The position numbers and the translations under genes are program-made. A DNA stretch of 64,000 bases from an uncultured Microbulbifer sp. Lineage in GTDB: Bacteria; Pseudomonadota; Gammaproteobacteria; Pseudomonadales; Cellvibrionaceae. The notes below the pieces were generated by a model, which was not told the origin of the DNA, did no database searches, and was given only the letters and a program-made list of their open reading frames with translations. The stretch is taken from assembly GCF_947504145.1 (NCBI RefSeq), contig NZ_CANNGQ010000001.1, forward strand, positions 1,112,737 to 1,176,736. The letters are read 5' to 3'. Numbering within the stretch: position 1 is the first letter of the stretch; the number at the start of each line of letters is the position of its first letter. Shown piece by piece: positions 40,561 through 51,398 of this stretch.

Positions 40561-42018
40561 TTAGTCCTTCTTGGGGAACAACTCGTAACGTACGCCAGCC
40601 ATGTCTTCCAGGCAACGCACCACCTGGCAGCTGTAGCCGAACTCATTGTCGTACCAGCAGTAGAGCACCGCATTGTCGCCTTCGACGATGGTGGCAATGG
40701 AGTCGAACACACAGGCGCGGCGGGAGCCGACAAAGTCACTGGAGACCACTTCCGGAGAATTGGTAAAGTCGATCTGCTGACGCAGTGGCGAGTGCAGCGC
40801 CACATCACGCATGTACTCGTTCAGCTCGTCCTTGTTGGTCTCCTGCCCCAGGCGCAGGTTGAGGATCGCCATGGACACGTTCGGCGTCGGCACGCGAATC
40901 GCGTTGCCGGTGAGCTTGCCTTTCAGCTCCGGCAGCGCCTTGGCAACCGCTTTGGCAGCACCGGTCTCGGTCAACACCATGTTCAGCGCGGCAGACCGAC
41001 CGCGGCGCTCGCCGTTGTGGTAGTTGTCGATCAGGTTCTGGTCATTGGTGTAGGCGTGCACAGTTTCCACGTGGCCATGCTGAACGCCGTATTTGTCCAT
41101 CATCGCCTTCAATACCGGCACAATGGCGTTGGTGGTACAGGAAGCCGCAGACAGAATCTTGTCGTCCGGGGTGATCTCACCGTTGTTGATGCCGTACACG
41201 ATGTTCTTGAGATCGCCCTTGCCCGGTGCAGTAAGCAGCACTTTGGCCGCACCCTTGCTCTCCAGGTGCTGAGACAGGCCCTCTTCATCGCGCCATACGC
41301 CGGTGCTATCGACGATCAGGGCATTGTTGATGCCGTGCTCGGTGTAATCCACTTCCTGCGGGGAGTTGGCGTAGATCACTTTTACTTCGTTGCCGTTGCA
41401 GATCAGGGTGCTGGTCTCTTCGTCCACACGGATGGTGCCGTTGAAGGCGCCGTGAACGGAGTCGCGGCGCAGCAGAGAGGCGCGCTTGACCAGGTCGTTG
41501 TCCGCTTTACCCTTGCGCAGCACGATGGCGCGCAGGCGCAGCACATCGCCACTGCCGGCTTTTTCGATCAGCAGACGGGCGACCAGGCGGCCAATACGGC
41601 CGAAACCGTAGATCACTACGTCCTGGGTCTGCGGCAGGGGCTTGCCCGCTCCACCGGCGTCTGCCAGCTCACTGCGTACAAACTCCTCAATGGAGAGGCC
41701 GCGCTCGTCGCGCATGTATTTGTTGGTCAGCGTGCCCAGGTCGATGTGCACCGGGCCCAGGTCCAGCTTGCAGATCGCTTCGAGTACTGGATAGGTTTCA
41801 AACTCAGACAGCTCATTCTCTTCGACCTGACGCACAAAGCGGTGGGCCTTCATGATGCTCAGTACGGAGCGGTTCACCAGGTTTTGGCCGTACATATAAA
41901 TGCCGACGTTGCTTTCCCGGTTGAGCTTGCCAATCATCGGAATCATGGATTCCGCCAGCGCTTCTCGCGCTTTCCAGTCCTTGAAAAAGTCAGCGGGCTT
42001 CGGTCGCTTCTGAGTCAC
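40561..42018 (-). CDS. gap: Glyceraldehyde-3-phosphate dehydrogenase (long, N-terminally extended type)
   Basis: GFGRIGR, SAASCTTN, WYDNEFGY, about 130-aa N-terminal extension. Confidence 0.93.
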   Translation of the reverse strand: MTQKRPKPADFFKDWKAREALAESMIPMIGKLNRESNVGIYMYGQNLVNRSVLSIMKAHRFVRQVEENELSEFETYPVLEAICKLDLGPVHIDLGTLTNKYMRDERGLSIEEFVRSELADAGGAGKPLPQTQDVVIYGFGRIGRLVARLLIEKAGSGDVLRLRAIVLRKGKADNDLVKRASLLRRDSVHGAFNGTIRVDEETSTLICNGNEVKVIYANSPQEVDYTEHGINNALIVDSTGVWRDEEGLSQHLESKGAAKVLLTAPGKGDLKNIVYGINNGEITPDDKILSAASCTTNAIVPVLKAMMDKYGVQHGHVETVHAYTNDQNLIDNYHNGERRGRSAALNMVLTETGAAKAVAKALPELKGKLTGNAIRVPTPNVSMAILNLRLGQETNKDELNEYMRDVALHSPLRQQIDFTNSPEVVSSDFVGSRRACVFDSIATIVEGDNAVLYCWYDNEFGYSCQVVRCLEDMAGVRYELFPKKD

Positions 42019-42350
42019 AGTCAGACACCTCTGCAGAGTGAAAATGGGGGTCGTGCCTTAGCGCGGTCCAGAGAATAAGGATGGCTCAAAAAATCACCTC
42101 TGGGGCGAAGGCCGGCGCATTATGTGTATTCACCTGAGGGTGCGCAACCGCGTAAAAAATGGCCTAAAAACTGTAGTTAAACTACATTTTTTCAACGCCT
42201 GCCCCACTCGAAAACCACGCAAATAATGACACCATCTGAGCGTCAGATTCGGGCCGCCGCAAATCCCAGACCTGCACCGGTCACGTTTCACCGTTACAAT
42301 GGCCGCCTCCGGGCCGCCAGCGGTCAGAAAGCACGGAATTATAAGGAAAC

Positions 42351-45300
42351 ATGAGTCAATTCCCCCCTTTGTCCCCACCCGCTTTTCGCACGCAGAGTGA
42401 CCGCCAATTCTGGGGCCAGCTCCACGGTGCCAGTGCCGCTCTGGCCATCCTGAACGCCGCCAGAAGCAGTAACGCGCCCACCTTGCTGATCGCGCGCAAC
42501 AGCCAGGAAGCCCAGCAACTTGAGCTGCAGCTGAAATTTTTTAACAAGCCTTGCCGAGATGACTCCGCTCCGGAGGCCAGCACTGCGCTGCCGATTTTCC
42601 AGTTCCCGGACTGGGAAATCCTCCCCTACGACACCTTCTCGCCACACCAGGACATCATCTCGGACCGGCTGGCCACCCTGTATCAATTGCCGCAGATGCA
42701 GAGCGGGATCGTCATCGCGCCGGTGAGCACCCTGCTCCACCGACTGGCGCCGAAGGACTATGTCGCGGGGAATGCACTCATCCTGAAAGAAGGCCAGAAG
42801 TTCGATCTCGACAACCAGCGCCGGCTACTGGAACAGGCGGGCTACCACTGCGTAGATACAGTGTACGAACACGGCGAATTTGCCGTGCGCGGCGCACTGA
42901 TGGACATTTATCCCATGGGCAGCAACCTGCCCTACCGTATCGACCTGTTCGATGACGAAATCGAATCCCTGCGCACTTTTGACCCGGAAGACCAGCGCAC
43001 CGTCGACAAGGTTCAGCAGGTTCACCTGCTTCCTGCACGGGAATTCCCGATGCACAAACCGGGGCTGGCAAAATTCCTTGAGCGCTGGCACGAGCAATTC
43101 GACGTAGACCCGGGCCCGGTTTCAATTTATCAGGACATCAGCGCGGGGATTGCCCCGGCGGGAATCGAGTACTATCTACCGCTGTTTTTCGACCAGTGTG
43201 CGAGCCTGTTTGATTACCTGCCCGATGGCAGTCAGATTTTTGTGCAGGGCGACCTGCAACAGCCCGTGGAGTCCTTCTGGCGAGAGGCAGATAATCGCTA
43301 CCAGAGCCGCCGTGGCGACCTGACCCGCCCGATCCTTGAGCCCCGCCAGGTACTGCTGAACATCGACGAATTTTACGGCGCCCTGAAATCCCTGCCCCGC
43401 GCCTTCTTTTCTCCGGAAACGCTTCCGGAGGCCGAGGGCAATTACAATTTTGCCAGCCTGGCACCACCCAGCCTGCCGGTGGATGGAAAATCCGAGCAGC
43501 CGCTGAAAGCGCTCGAAGCCTACCTGATGGAATACAACGGCCGCGTACTGTTCTGCGCAGAAAGCAGTGGCCGCCGGGAGGCCCTGCTGGATCTGCTGGG
43601 CGGAATCCGGCTTACACCAAAAACATTCGACAGCTGGCAATCCTTCCTCCAGAGCGACAACCAGTTCGGCATTACCGTAGCGCCGATCGACGCAGGACTA
43701 CTGCTGGAAGATCCACAACTCAACCTGATCGCCGAACCACAACTGTTCGGCGACCGCGTACTGCAACAGCGCCGCCGCAGAAAAGCCAAAGAAGATGCGG
43801 ATAACGCAGTCAAAAACCTGGCCGAGCTGCGCATCGGCGCGCCCGTGGTGCACATCGACCACGGTGTCGGCCGCTATAAAGGTTTGCAGAGCCTGGATAT
43901 CGACGGCCAACAGGCAGAATTCCTGACATTGGAATACGGTGACGGCGCCAAACTGTATGTACCCGTTGCCAGCCTGCACCTGATCAGCCGCTACTCCGGC
44001 GCCGATGAAGAACTGGCGCCACTGCACAAACTGGGTAGCGAAACCTGGCAGAAAGCCAAACGCAAAGCGGCAGAAAAGGTCCGCGATGCAGCCGCCGAAC
44101 TGCTCGACATTTATGCCCGCCGCGAAGCCCGTGTGGGCCACGCGTTTGGCGATCCGGGCATGGCCTATCGCGAGTTCACCGCAGGCTTCCCGTTCGAGGA
44201 AACCCCGGATCAACAGCTCGCGATCGAGTCTGTTGTCGGCGACATGCTGTCCGACAAACCCATGGACCGCCTGGTGTGTGGCGACGTGGGCTTCGGTAAA
44301 ACCGAAGTGGCCATGCGCGCGGCCTTTGTTGCCGCACACGGTGGTAAACAGATCGCCATGCTGGTCCCCACTACCCTGCTGGCTCAACAGCACTTCCAGT
44401 CACTGCAGGACCGTTTCGCAGACTGGCCAGTGACCATCGAAGTCATTTCCCGCTTCCGCAGTAGCAAGGAAGTCGACGCAATCAAAGAGCGGGTTGCGGA
44501 AGGCAAGGTCGACATTCTTGTGGGCACCCACAAATTGCTGCAGAGCGACCTGAAATTCAAAAATCTGGGACTGCTGATCATCGATGAGGAACACCGGTTC
44601 GGTGTGCGTCAGAAGGAAAAACTGAAGAGCCTGCGCGCGGAGGTGGACATCCTCAACCTCACCGCCACCCCGATTCCCCGCACACTCAATATGGCCATGG
44701 CCGGTATCCGCGACCTCTCCGTAATCGCCACGCCACCGGCCCGTCGCCTGTCGGTAAAAACCTTCGTGCGCGAGCGCGATGACGCGTTGATCAAGGAGGC
44801 GATCCTGCGGGAGATTTTGCGCGGCGGTCAGGTGTACTTCCTGCACAACGAGGTCAAAAGTATCGAGCGGCTGGCCAGGGAGTTGCAGGAGCTGGTTCCG
44901 GAAGCGCGGATCGGCATCGGCCACGGCCAGATGCGCGAGCGCGAGCTGGAGCAGGTGATGGGCGATTTCTACCACAAGCGCTTCAATGTGCTGGTATGTA
45001 CCACCATCATCGAAACCGGTATCGATGTCCCCACCGCCAACACCATCTTGATTGAGCGCGCGGACAAATTCGGCCTCGCCCAATTGCACCAGCTGCGCGG
45101 CCGCGTGGGCCGCTCTCATCACCAGGCATACGCCTACCTGCTGACACCGAACAAACGGGCAATGACCGCCGATGCAGTCAAGCGCCTGGAAGCCATCAGC
45201 GAAGCCCAGGACCTGGGGGCCGGCTTTACCCTGGCCACCCACGACCTGGAAATCCGCGGTGCCGGCGAACTGCTGGGCGAGGAACAAAGCGGCCAGATTC

Positions 45301-45836
45301 ACAGCGTGGGCTTCAACCTGTATATGGAAATGCTCGACCACGCCGTCAGAGCCATTCGCGAGGGCCGCACCCCTAATATCGACGAGCCACTGGAATCACC
45401 AGCGGTAGATGTGAACCTGCGGGTGCCCGCGCTGATTCCGGAAGATTACCTGCCGGACGTCCACAGCCGTCTGATCATGTACAAGCGCATCGCCAACGCG
45501 GAAGACAAGGCCGCGCTCAAAGAGCTGCAGGTGGAGATGATCGACCGTTTCGGGTTGCTGCCGGAGCCTGTCAAACACCTGTTCCAGATCACAGAGATCA
45601 AGCTCAACGCCAACAAAATGGGAATTCGCAAACTGGAGGCATCGGCCACCGGCGGGCGTATCGAGTTTGCGGACGACGCCAACGTAGACCCGTTCACCCT
45701 GGTCAAACTGGTTCAGACCCACCCCACCTCCTACCGGTTGCAGGGGGCCAACCAGCTGAATTTCACCCTGGATGAGAGCGGCCCGGAACAGCGCCTGCGG
45801 CAGGTCAGTGAGGTGCTGCAGCAGCTTTCCCAATAG
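42351..45836 (+). CDS. mfd: Transcription-repair coupling factor
   Basis: PDWEILPYD, CGDVGFGKTEV, IIDEEHRFG, QLRGRVGR, DLEIRGAG, TRCF domain. Confidence 0.98.
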   Translation: MSQFPPLSPPAFRTQSDRQFWGQLHGASAALAILNAARSSNAPTLLIARNSQEAQQLELQLKFFNKPCRDDSAPEASTALPIFQFPDWEILPYDTFSPHQDIISDRLATLYQLPQMQSGIVIAPVSTLLHRLAPKDYVAGNALILKEGQKFDLDNQRRLLEQAGYHCVDTVYEHGEFAVRGALMDIYPMGSNLPYRIDLFDDEIESLRTFDPEDQRTVDKVQQVHLLPAREFPMHKPGLAKFLERWHEQFDVDPGPVSIYQDISAGIAPAGIEYYLPLFFDQCASLFDYLPDGSQIFVQGDLQQPVESFWREADNRYQSRRGDLTRPILEPRQVLLNIDEFYGALKSLPRAFFSPETLPEAEGNYNFASLAPPSLPVDGKSEQPLKALEAYLMEYNGRVLFCAESSGRREALLDLLGGIRLTPKTFDSWQSFLQSDNQFGITVAPIDAGLLLEDPQLNLIAEPQLFGDRVLQQRRRRKAKEDADNAVKNLAELRIGAPVVHIDHGVGRYKGLQSLDIDGQQAEFLTLEYGDGAKLYVPVASLHLISRYSGADEELAPLHKLGSETWQKAKRKAAEKVRDAAAELLDIYARREARVGHAFGDPGMAYREFTAGFPFEETPDQQLAIESVVGDMLSDKPMDRLVCGDVGFGKTEVAMRAAFVAAHGGKQIAMLVPTTLLAQQHFQSLQDRFADWPVTIEVISRFRSSKEVDAIKERVAEGKVDILVGTHKLLQSDLKFKNLGLLIIDEEHRFGVRQKEKLKSLRAEVDILNLTATPIPRTLNMAMAGIRDLSVIATPPARRLSVKTFVRERDDALIKEAILREILRGGQVYFLHNEVKSIERLARELQELVPEARIGIGHGQMRERELEQVMGDFYHKRFNVLVCTTIIETGIDVPTANTILIERADKFGLAQLHQLRGRVGRSHHQAYAYLLTPNKRAMTADAVKRLEAISEAQDLGAGFTLATHDLEIRGAGELLGEEQSGQIHSVGFNLYMEMLDHAVRAIREGRTPNIDEPLESPAVDVNLRVPALIPEDYLPDVHSRLIMYKRIANAEDKAALKELQVEMIDRFGLLPEPVKHLFQITEIKLNANKMGIRKLEASATGGRIEFADDANVDPFTLVKLVQTHPTSYRLQGANQLNFTLDESGPEQRLRQVSEVLQQLSQ

Positions 45837-46025
45837 CGGCCCAGGCCGCCAGGAAGCTGCGCCACCTTCGATGTCACCTACGACCAACCACCCAACTACC
45901 TACTACCTATTAGTGGGCACAAGGGACCGTCGATCAATGCTAAGATGGGCAGAATCGTCGCAATCGGCGACACAGAACATCCGGGAATCCTGGTCAAATA
46001 GAGATAGAGAAATAGCGGTATCAAA

Positions 46026-46979
46026 ATGACCCCTACTAATAAGCAGGTCACGACTCGCCTGAAGCAGCTGGCCGGAGCCGCCCTCCTCGCACTCTGCGCG
46101 GCAGGCGCTGAGGCAGCTGGCTACGCAGGCACGCAGTTTGAAATCGAAATGGTGGTATTCAGCCGTGAGAGCGGTATGAACCAGTCCCGCGAAACCTGGC
46201 CGGCCGCCCCGCAGCTCGCCTACGACAGCCGCTGGATTGACTTCAATACCCCATCCAGCGCCGACCCGATGGTTCCAGCCTTGCAGCCAGCCCCCAATCA
46301 GCTGGACAACAAGGTAGCAGCCCTAAAGCGTTCCTCCGGCTATCAGGTACTGTTCCACAAAACCTGGCGACAGGTGCTGCAGAACGAGCGCAATGCTCCC
46401 GCGGTGCTGGTCAGTGGGGGCGCGGCGGACGGAAGGCATCACCAGCTTGAGGGCAGTGTCACCCTGAGCGTATCCCGCTATTTACACCTGAGCACCGATC
46501 TGTGGCTGAGTGAATGGCTGCCGCAGACCAGCAGCGCCTTTGGCTACGATGCACCCACAGCCGGCTTTCCCAGCGACAGCATCGACGCGACCCGGCCGCA
46601 GGGCATCTCCGTCCCTACCCGCCCCCGCGCTGCGGTGATCGCCACCCGCGACAACGCAATGGCCGGGGATGAGCCCATGGACCTCCGGAACACACCCGCA
46701 GCGCCGCACGATTCCGGATACAGCACCACCAGCGGCTACAGCACAGGCGCTGACTCTGTGGAATTTCACGGAGACAGCACCATGAATGCACCCGGTATCG
46801 CGGAACCTGTGGCAAAAATGGCTGCAAGGGTCGCCGTACTCAATGAAGAGCGCCGCCTGCGCAGTGGTGAGCTGCACTATATCGACCACCCCAAATTGGG
46901 TGTTCTGATCGAGGTACGTACGGTGCAACAAGCCGCGGAACCTGCCGCACAGGATGAACCCGCGGATCTCGCGCCCTGA
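46026..46979 (+). CDS. csiV: CsiV-family peptidoglycan-binding protein
   Basis: FEIEMVVF, LFHKTWRQ, LEGSVTL...RYLH, RRLRSGELHYIDHPKLGVL. Immediately follows mfd. Confidence 0.85.
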   Translation: MTPTNKQVTTRLKQLAGAALLALCAAGAEAAGYAGTQFEIEMVVFSRESGMNQSRETWPAAPQLAYDSRWIDFNTPSSADPMVPALQPAPNQLDNKVAALKRSSGYQVLFHKTWRQVLQNERNAPAVLVSGGAADGRHHQLEGSVTLSVSRYLHLSTDLWLSEWLPQTSSAFGYDAPTAGFPSDSIDATRPQGISVPTRPRAAVIATRDNAMAGDEPMDLRNTPAAPHDSGYSTTSGYSTGADSVEFHGDSTMNAPGIAEPVAKMAARVAVLNEERRLRSGELHYIDHPKLGVLIEVRTVQQAAEPAAQDEPADLAP

Positions 46980-47001
46980 GCAGCAGCTGACAGCCAAGCA
47001 C

Positions 47002-47027
47002 AAACGGCCCCTCGCGGGCCGTTTTTT
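47002..47027 (+). terminator. Rho-independent terminator after csiV
   Basis: AAACGGCCC-CTCGC-GGGCCGTTTTTT. Confidence 0.8.
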
Positions 47028-47142
47028 GTTGCCGCTCTTGTTGCCACGGTTGTTACCACCTTCAAGGCCAGCAACGTATAACGTTACCCTTACCTGCTAC
47101 TTTTCTTACTGAGAAACCATAAAAAAACAGGCCACACCCACC

Positions 47143-48378
47143 ATGATCACCAACGACGCCATCATCCTCGGCATGCTCGCCGCCATCCTTGGTTTCGTGT
47201 TTTATACGGCCAGCAGCGAACAGCGCTTCTGGAAGCGCTTTTACCGCTTCGTACCAGCGCTACTGCTGTGCTACTTCCTGCCGTCACTACTGACCACCTT
47301 CCACATTATCGACGCCGACAATTCAAACCTGTATTTCGTTGCATCGCGGTATCTGTTACCCGCCAGTTTGGTTTTACTGACCCTGAGCATCGACCTGAAA
47401 GGGATCATCAACCTTGGGCCCAAGGCATTGATTCTGTTTTTGACCGGCACCCTCGGCATTGTGATCGGCGGGCCGATTGCCCTACTAATCATGTCGGCGA
47501 TTGACCCCGGCATGCTCAATGGCAACGGGCCCGACGCGGTGTGGCGGGGAATGACCACCGTTGCCGGCAGCTGGATTGGTGGCGGCGCCAACCAGGCGGC
47601 TATGAAAGAAATTTTTAACGTGGGTGGTGAGGTGTTTTCCGCAATGGTCGCGGTGGACGTGATCGTCGCCAATCTGTGGATGGCGGTGTTACTACTTATG
47701 GCCGGCAATGCCAAAAAGCTGGATGCGCGTCGCGGTGCAGATACCTCTGCCATCGATACCCTGCGTGAGCGAGTGGAAACCATGCAGCGCAAGCACGCGC
47801 GTATTCCCGCGCTGCAGGATCTGATGCTGATTGCCGCCGTCGGCTTCGGCGTTACCGCCATTGCCCACGCCTGCGCGGATTTTCTCGCCCCCTGGTTTCA
47901 GAGCAACGCACCACAACTGGCCCGATTCAGCTTCACCAGCCCCTTCTTCTGGCTGATCGTCGTGGCCACCACTCTTGGCATCGCCATGGCTTTTACCCCG
48001 GCGAAAAGGCTCGAGGGTGCGGGCGCTGCCAAGGTAGGGTCGGTGTTTATCTATTTTCTGGTGGCCACCATTGGTACCCACATGGATATCACCGCCTTGA
48101 AAAACAGCCCGGAACTGTTTGTGCTTGGCCTGATCTGGATGGCGATACACGCGGGTCTGATCCTGCTGGTAGCGAAACTGATCAAAGCCCCCACCTTCTT
48201 CATGGCCGTGGGCAGTCAGGCCAATGTGGGCGGCGCAGCCTCGGCACCGGTGGTGGCTGCCGCCTTCCACCCCTCGCTGGCACCAGTCGGCGTGCTACTG
48301 GCAGTGATGGGCTATGCCCTTGGTACCTACGCGGCCTGGTTCTGCGGGCAACTGTTGAGAATTGTCGGCGCCGGCTGA
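47143..48378 (+). CDS. DUF819-family membrane protein
   Basis: LLLCYFLPS, GSWIGGGANQAAM, VGSQANVGGAASAPVVAAAFHPSL. Confidence 0.9.
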   Translation: MITNDAIILGMLAAILGFVFYTASSEQRFWKRFYRFVPALLLCYFLPSLLTTFHIIDADNSNLYFVASRYLLPASLVLLTLSIDLKGIINLGPKALILFLTGTLGIVIGGPIALLIMSAIDPGMLNGNGPDAVWRGMTTVAGSWIGGGANQAAMKEIFNVGGEVFSAMVAVDVIVANLWMAVLLLMAGNAKKLDARRGADTSAIDTLRERVETMQRKHARIPALQDLMLIAAVGFGVTAIAHACADFLAPWFQSNAPQLARFSFTSPFFWLIVVATTLGIAMAFTPAKRLEGAGAAKVGSVFIYFLVATIGTHMDITALKNSPELFVLGLIWMAIHAGLILLVAKLIKAPTFFMAVGSQANVGGAASAPVVAAAFHPSLAPVGVLLAVMGYALGTYAAWFCGQLLRIVGAG

Positions 48379-48404
48379 TCCCGTCCGTCAAAAAACCTGA
48401 AAAC

Positions 48405-48454
48405 AAAAAAGCCCCGGCCACTTCGGTAAAGAACCAAAGTGGTCAGGGCTTTTT
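48405..48454. terminator. Bidirectional terminator between DUF819 and csp
   Basis: AAAAAAGCCC...GGGCTTTTT with an extended internal stem (CCACTT/AAGTGG). Confidence 0.7.
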
Positions 48455-48566
48455 ACGATGAGCGCCTCTCACGCTGCCTACGCTTTCACGTTTTCCACAA
48501 TCCACACACATGGGCCCCTATAGAGGCGCCCAGTGTGTACAGAGTCGAGCGTGCGTTTTTAGCGAA

Positions 48567-48782
48567 TTACTCGCAGGGCACTACATCTTCCGCGAGCAGG
48601 CCTTTATCGCCTTGCTGCATTTCAAACTCTACGGCCTGCCCCTCATTGAGAGTTTTGTAACCGTCTCCGCGAATGCTGCGGTAGTGGACGAAGATATCCT
48701 CGGAACCTTCAGTGCTAGTGATAAAGCCATAACCCCGGGCATTGTTAAACCACTTCACGGTACCCGTAACGCGATCACTCAT
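48567..48782 (-). CDS. Cold-shock domain protein (CspA/CspD family)
   Basis: [28 protein letters not shown]. Start trimmed to MSDRVTG. Confidence 0.93.
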   Translation of the reverse strand: MSDRVTGTVKWFNNARGYGFITSTEGSEDIFVHYRSIRGDGYKTLNEGQAVEFEMQQGDKGLLAEDVVPCE

Positions 48783-49075
48783 TAAGCCAACCTCATTTAT
48801 TGTTATTGCGCTCACCCCGGTTGCGGGCAATGCGCCTACCCCTATTGCCGTAACCAGCACCCTGTACGGGGTGGCCTACAGTCTCGAAGTACCTGTGCGG
48901 TCATCCGTACAGGTCGCTACTGATTCTTAGATAAAAGAGCGCCACTGTCTAGGTTTCCACGTGAAATTAATGTTACTTCCCATAAATAATGCGCAACAAT
49001 TCACCAAATTAGTAAGATAAGCCCCACAATCCCTGTCAATTCATGCGGTTAAGCAATACAGCGCTTAACTGTCAT

Positions 49076-50197
49076 TCAGGCCCCAACGGGCTTTTCCCGC
49101 CCGCCGGCGATCGCCAGCTCAGGCAAGTCGGCAATATGCAGCGTCGAAGTCGGGAAGGCACAGGAGGCACCGTGCTGCTCGACGATCTTGAGAATTTGTA
49201 GCAGAACGTCCTGTTTGATCTCGTGGTAGCGCACCCACTCAGTGGTCTTGGTAAAGGTGTAGATAAAGAAATCCAGCGACGACGGCGCGAAGGAATTGAA
49301 ATTCACAATCAACGTCTGATTCGTATCAATTTCCGGGTGCTGTTCGAGCATCGCGCGCACGTCCTTTACGATCGGCGCCATCAATTGGGCATCTTCATAG
49401 CGAATACCGATGGTTTCGTAGATGCGACGATTCAGCATACGCGAGGGGTTTTCAACGGAGATTTGGGTAAATATTCCATTCGGAATATACAGCGGGCGCT
49501 TGTCGAATGTGCGGATGCGGGTCAGGCGCCAGCCGATATCTTCCACGGTACCTTCGATTTCCTGATCCGGCGAGCGCACCCAGTCCCCTACTTTGAACGG
49601 GCGATCCAGGTAAATCATCAGGCCACCAAAGAAATTGGCCAGTAGATCTTTTGCAGCAAAGCCGATTGCCAGGCCACCAATCCCGCCCATGGCCAGCACG
49701 CCGCTTACGCTGTAGCCCAGCCGCTGCATGATGACCATCGCAGCGGTAATCATGATGGAAGCGCGAACCAGTTTTCCAATCGCACGAACCGTCGTGGCAT
49801 CAATGGGTTTTCGAACAAAACGCGGATTCGCCAGATTCTGCTCGACCTCTTTTGCAAACCGCAACGCGAACCAGGTCACTACTACGACAAAACCGATAGC
49901 GCGGGGCTTACCACCCAACCAGTTCAATACTTCCGAATCTGTGGCCGCCCCCGCGAGACCGGCAGCGAGGGTCAAACCGACCAACCACACCAGAATCGAA
50001 GCCGGCGGATTGATCGAGTTCACCAGGGCATCGTCCCACGGGTTGACGGTGCGTTCCGCCCGCGCCTGCAAGCGCGCAACAAATAACGCGAGTATCCAGG
50101 CCACAAATGCGGTGGCCAGTACAATCAGAAAAAGTTCGGCAATCCAGAAACGGTCTTCCCCCACCAGGGAGCGCAAAAACGCTTGAACCTGCTCCAC
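49076..50197 (-). CDS. MscS-family small-conductance mechanosensitive channel
   Basis: GIGGLAIGFAAKD, DRPFKVGDW, GTVEDIGWRLT, IPNG, FAPSSL. Confidence 0.92.
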   Translation of the reverse strand: MEQVQAFLRSLVGEDRFWIAELFLIVLATAFVAWILALFVARLQARAERTVNPWDDALVNSINPPASILVWLVGLTLAAGLAGAATDSEVLNWLGGKPRAIGFVVVVTWFALRFAKEVEQNLANPRFVRKPIDATTVRAIGKLVRASIMITAAMVIMQRLGYSVSGVLAMGGIGGLAIGFAAKDLLANFFGGLMIYLDRPFKVGDWVRSPDQEIEGTVEDIGWRLTRIRTFDKRPLYIPNGIFTQISVENPSRMLNRRIYETIGIRYEDAQLMAPIVKDVRAMLEQHPEIDTNQTLIVNFNSFAPSSLDFFIYTFTKTTEWVRYHEIKQDVLLQILKIVEQHGASCAFPTSTLHIADLPELAIAGGREKPVGA

Positions 50198-50292
50198 AAG
50201 TCACTCCATATAATACTTTTGGTTTATTCAGTTTCTGCCTGCTTATGAGTATGCGGCAGCGTTAAAAAATTCAGATCGCCTATTGTGCGTAT

Positions 50293-51306
50293 TTACATCC
50301 AGGATGCCAGCCACTCGCGAGTAGCCTGCCAGCGCGGGTTCGCTTCGAGCGCGCCCCAGTTATCGATACCCGACTGCCCACGCATACGCTCCAGGCGTTG
50401 ACTCGAAAGCGGGTCTGGTTCAAACCCCTCCAGCGCATCGAGGACTTCCAGAGCGCCCTGACGATTATTGCAAACAATGCCCATATCGCAGCCAGCCATC
50501 ATCGCTGCGCGAATTCGCTCGGCGTAGCCACCGGCGGCGCCGGCACCCTCCATGGTGAGGTCGTCACTGAAAATGACACCGTCAAACCCCAGGCGCTTGC
50601 GCAGGATTTCCTGGAGCCAGAAGCGGGAAAACCCCACCGGGTTTTCATCCACCTTTGCGAAGCGGATATGTGCTGGCATGACCGCATCCAGTTCCCCGGC
50701 GGCAATACACTCTTCGAATGGCTTGGCATCTGAGGCAAGAACATCAACCAGCTCGCGCTGATCCACCGGCAACTCTTCGTGGCTGTCTTCAAGTACCTGC
50801 CCGTGCCCGGGGAAATGCTTACCCGTCGTCGCCATACCGGCCTCGTGCATACCGGCCATAAACGGGCGCGCCTTCGCCGCTAACTGCAGAGGGTCGCAAG
50901 CAAAGCTGCGGTCCCCGACAATTCGGCAAAAATCATCATCCGCATCCAGCACTGGCGCAAAACTGAAATCGATACCTACCGCCAGCAGCTCGGCCGCAAG
51001 CAGCCATCCCACATCCTTGAGTTGCTGCGTATCCGCCTGGGCGCTAAGCGCCTGCATGGAAGGTATACGGGTAAACGAATCGCGAAAGCGCTGCACCCTG
51101 CCACCCTCCTGATCGACAGCCAGCAGGATTTCCGGGCGCTCCTTGCGGATCTCTGCGATCAGGGCTTCAAGTTGGGGGCGATCGCGGAAGTTACGTGCGA
51201 AAAAAATAAGGCCGCCTACCTGGGGATGGCGCAGCAGCTCGCGATCTTCCGCCGTGAGCTCGGTGCCCTCGACATCGATCATTACCGGACCAATCTGAAC
51301 AGACAT
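50293..51306 (-). CDS. nagZ: Beta-N-acetylhexosaminidase (GH3)
   Basis: DQEGGRVQR, KHFPGHG, DSH, FSDDLTM. Confidence 0.95.
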   Translation of the reverse strand: MSVQIGPVMIDVEGTELTAEDRELLRHPQVGGLIFFARNFRDRPQLEALIAEIRKERPEILLAVDQEGGRVQRFRDSFTRIPSMQALSAQADTQQLKDVGWLLAAELLAVGIDFSFAPVLDADDDFCRIVGDRSFACDPLQLAAKARPFMAGMHEAGMATTGKHFPGHGQVLEDSHEELPVDQRELVDVLASDAKPFEECIAAGELDAVMPAHIRFAKVDENPVGFSRFWLQEILRKRLGFDGVIFSDDLTMEGAGAAGGYAERIRAAMMAGCDMGIVCNNRQGALEVLDALEGFEPDPLSSQRLERMRGQSGIDNWGALEANPRWQATREWLASWM

Positions 51307-51398
51307 GAATTCCCGCTCCCGCTGTCAGTCAATGTGTTTGAGTATCGAGTACCGCAAATATACGAGCCGTTGATGGCATTGCGAAGACGCACCGAAAA

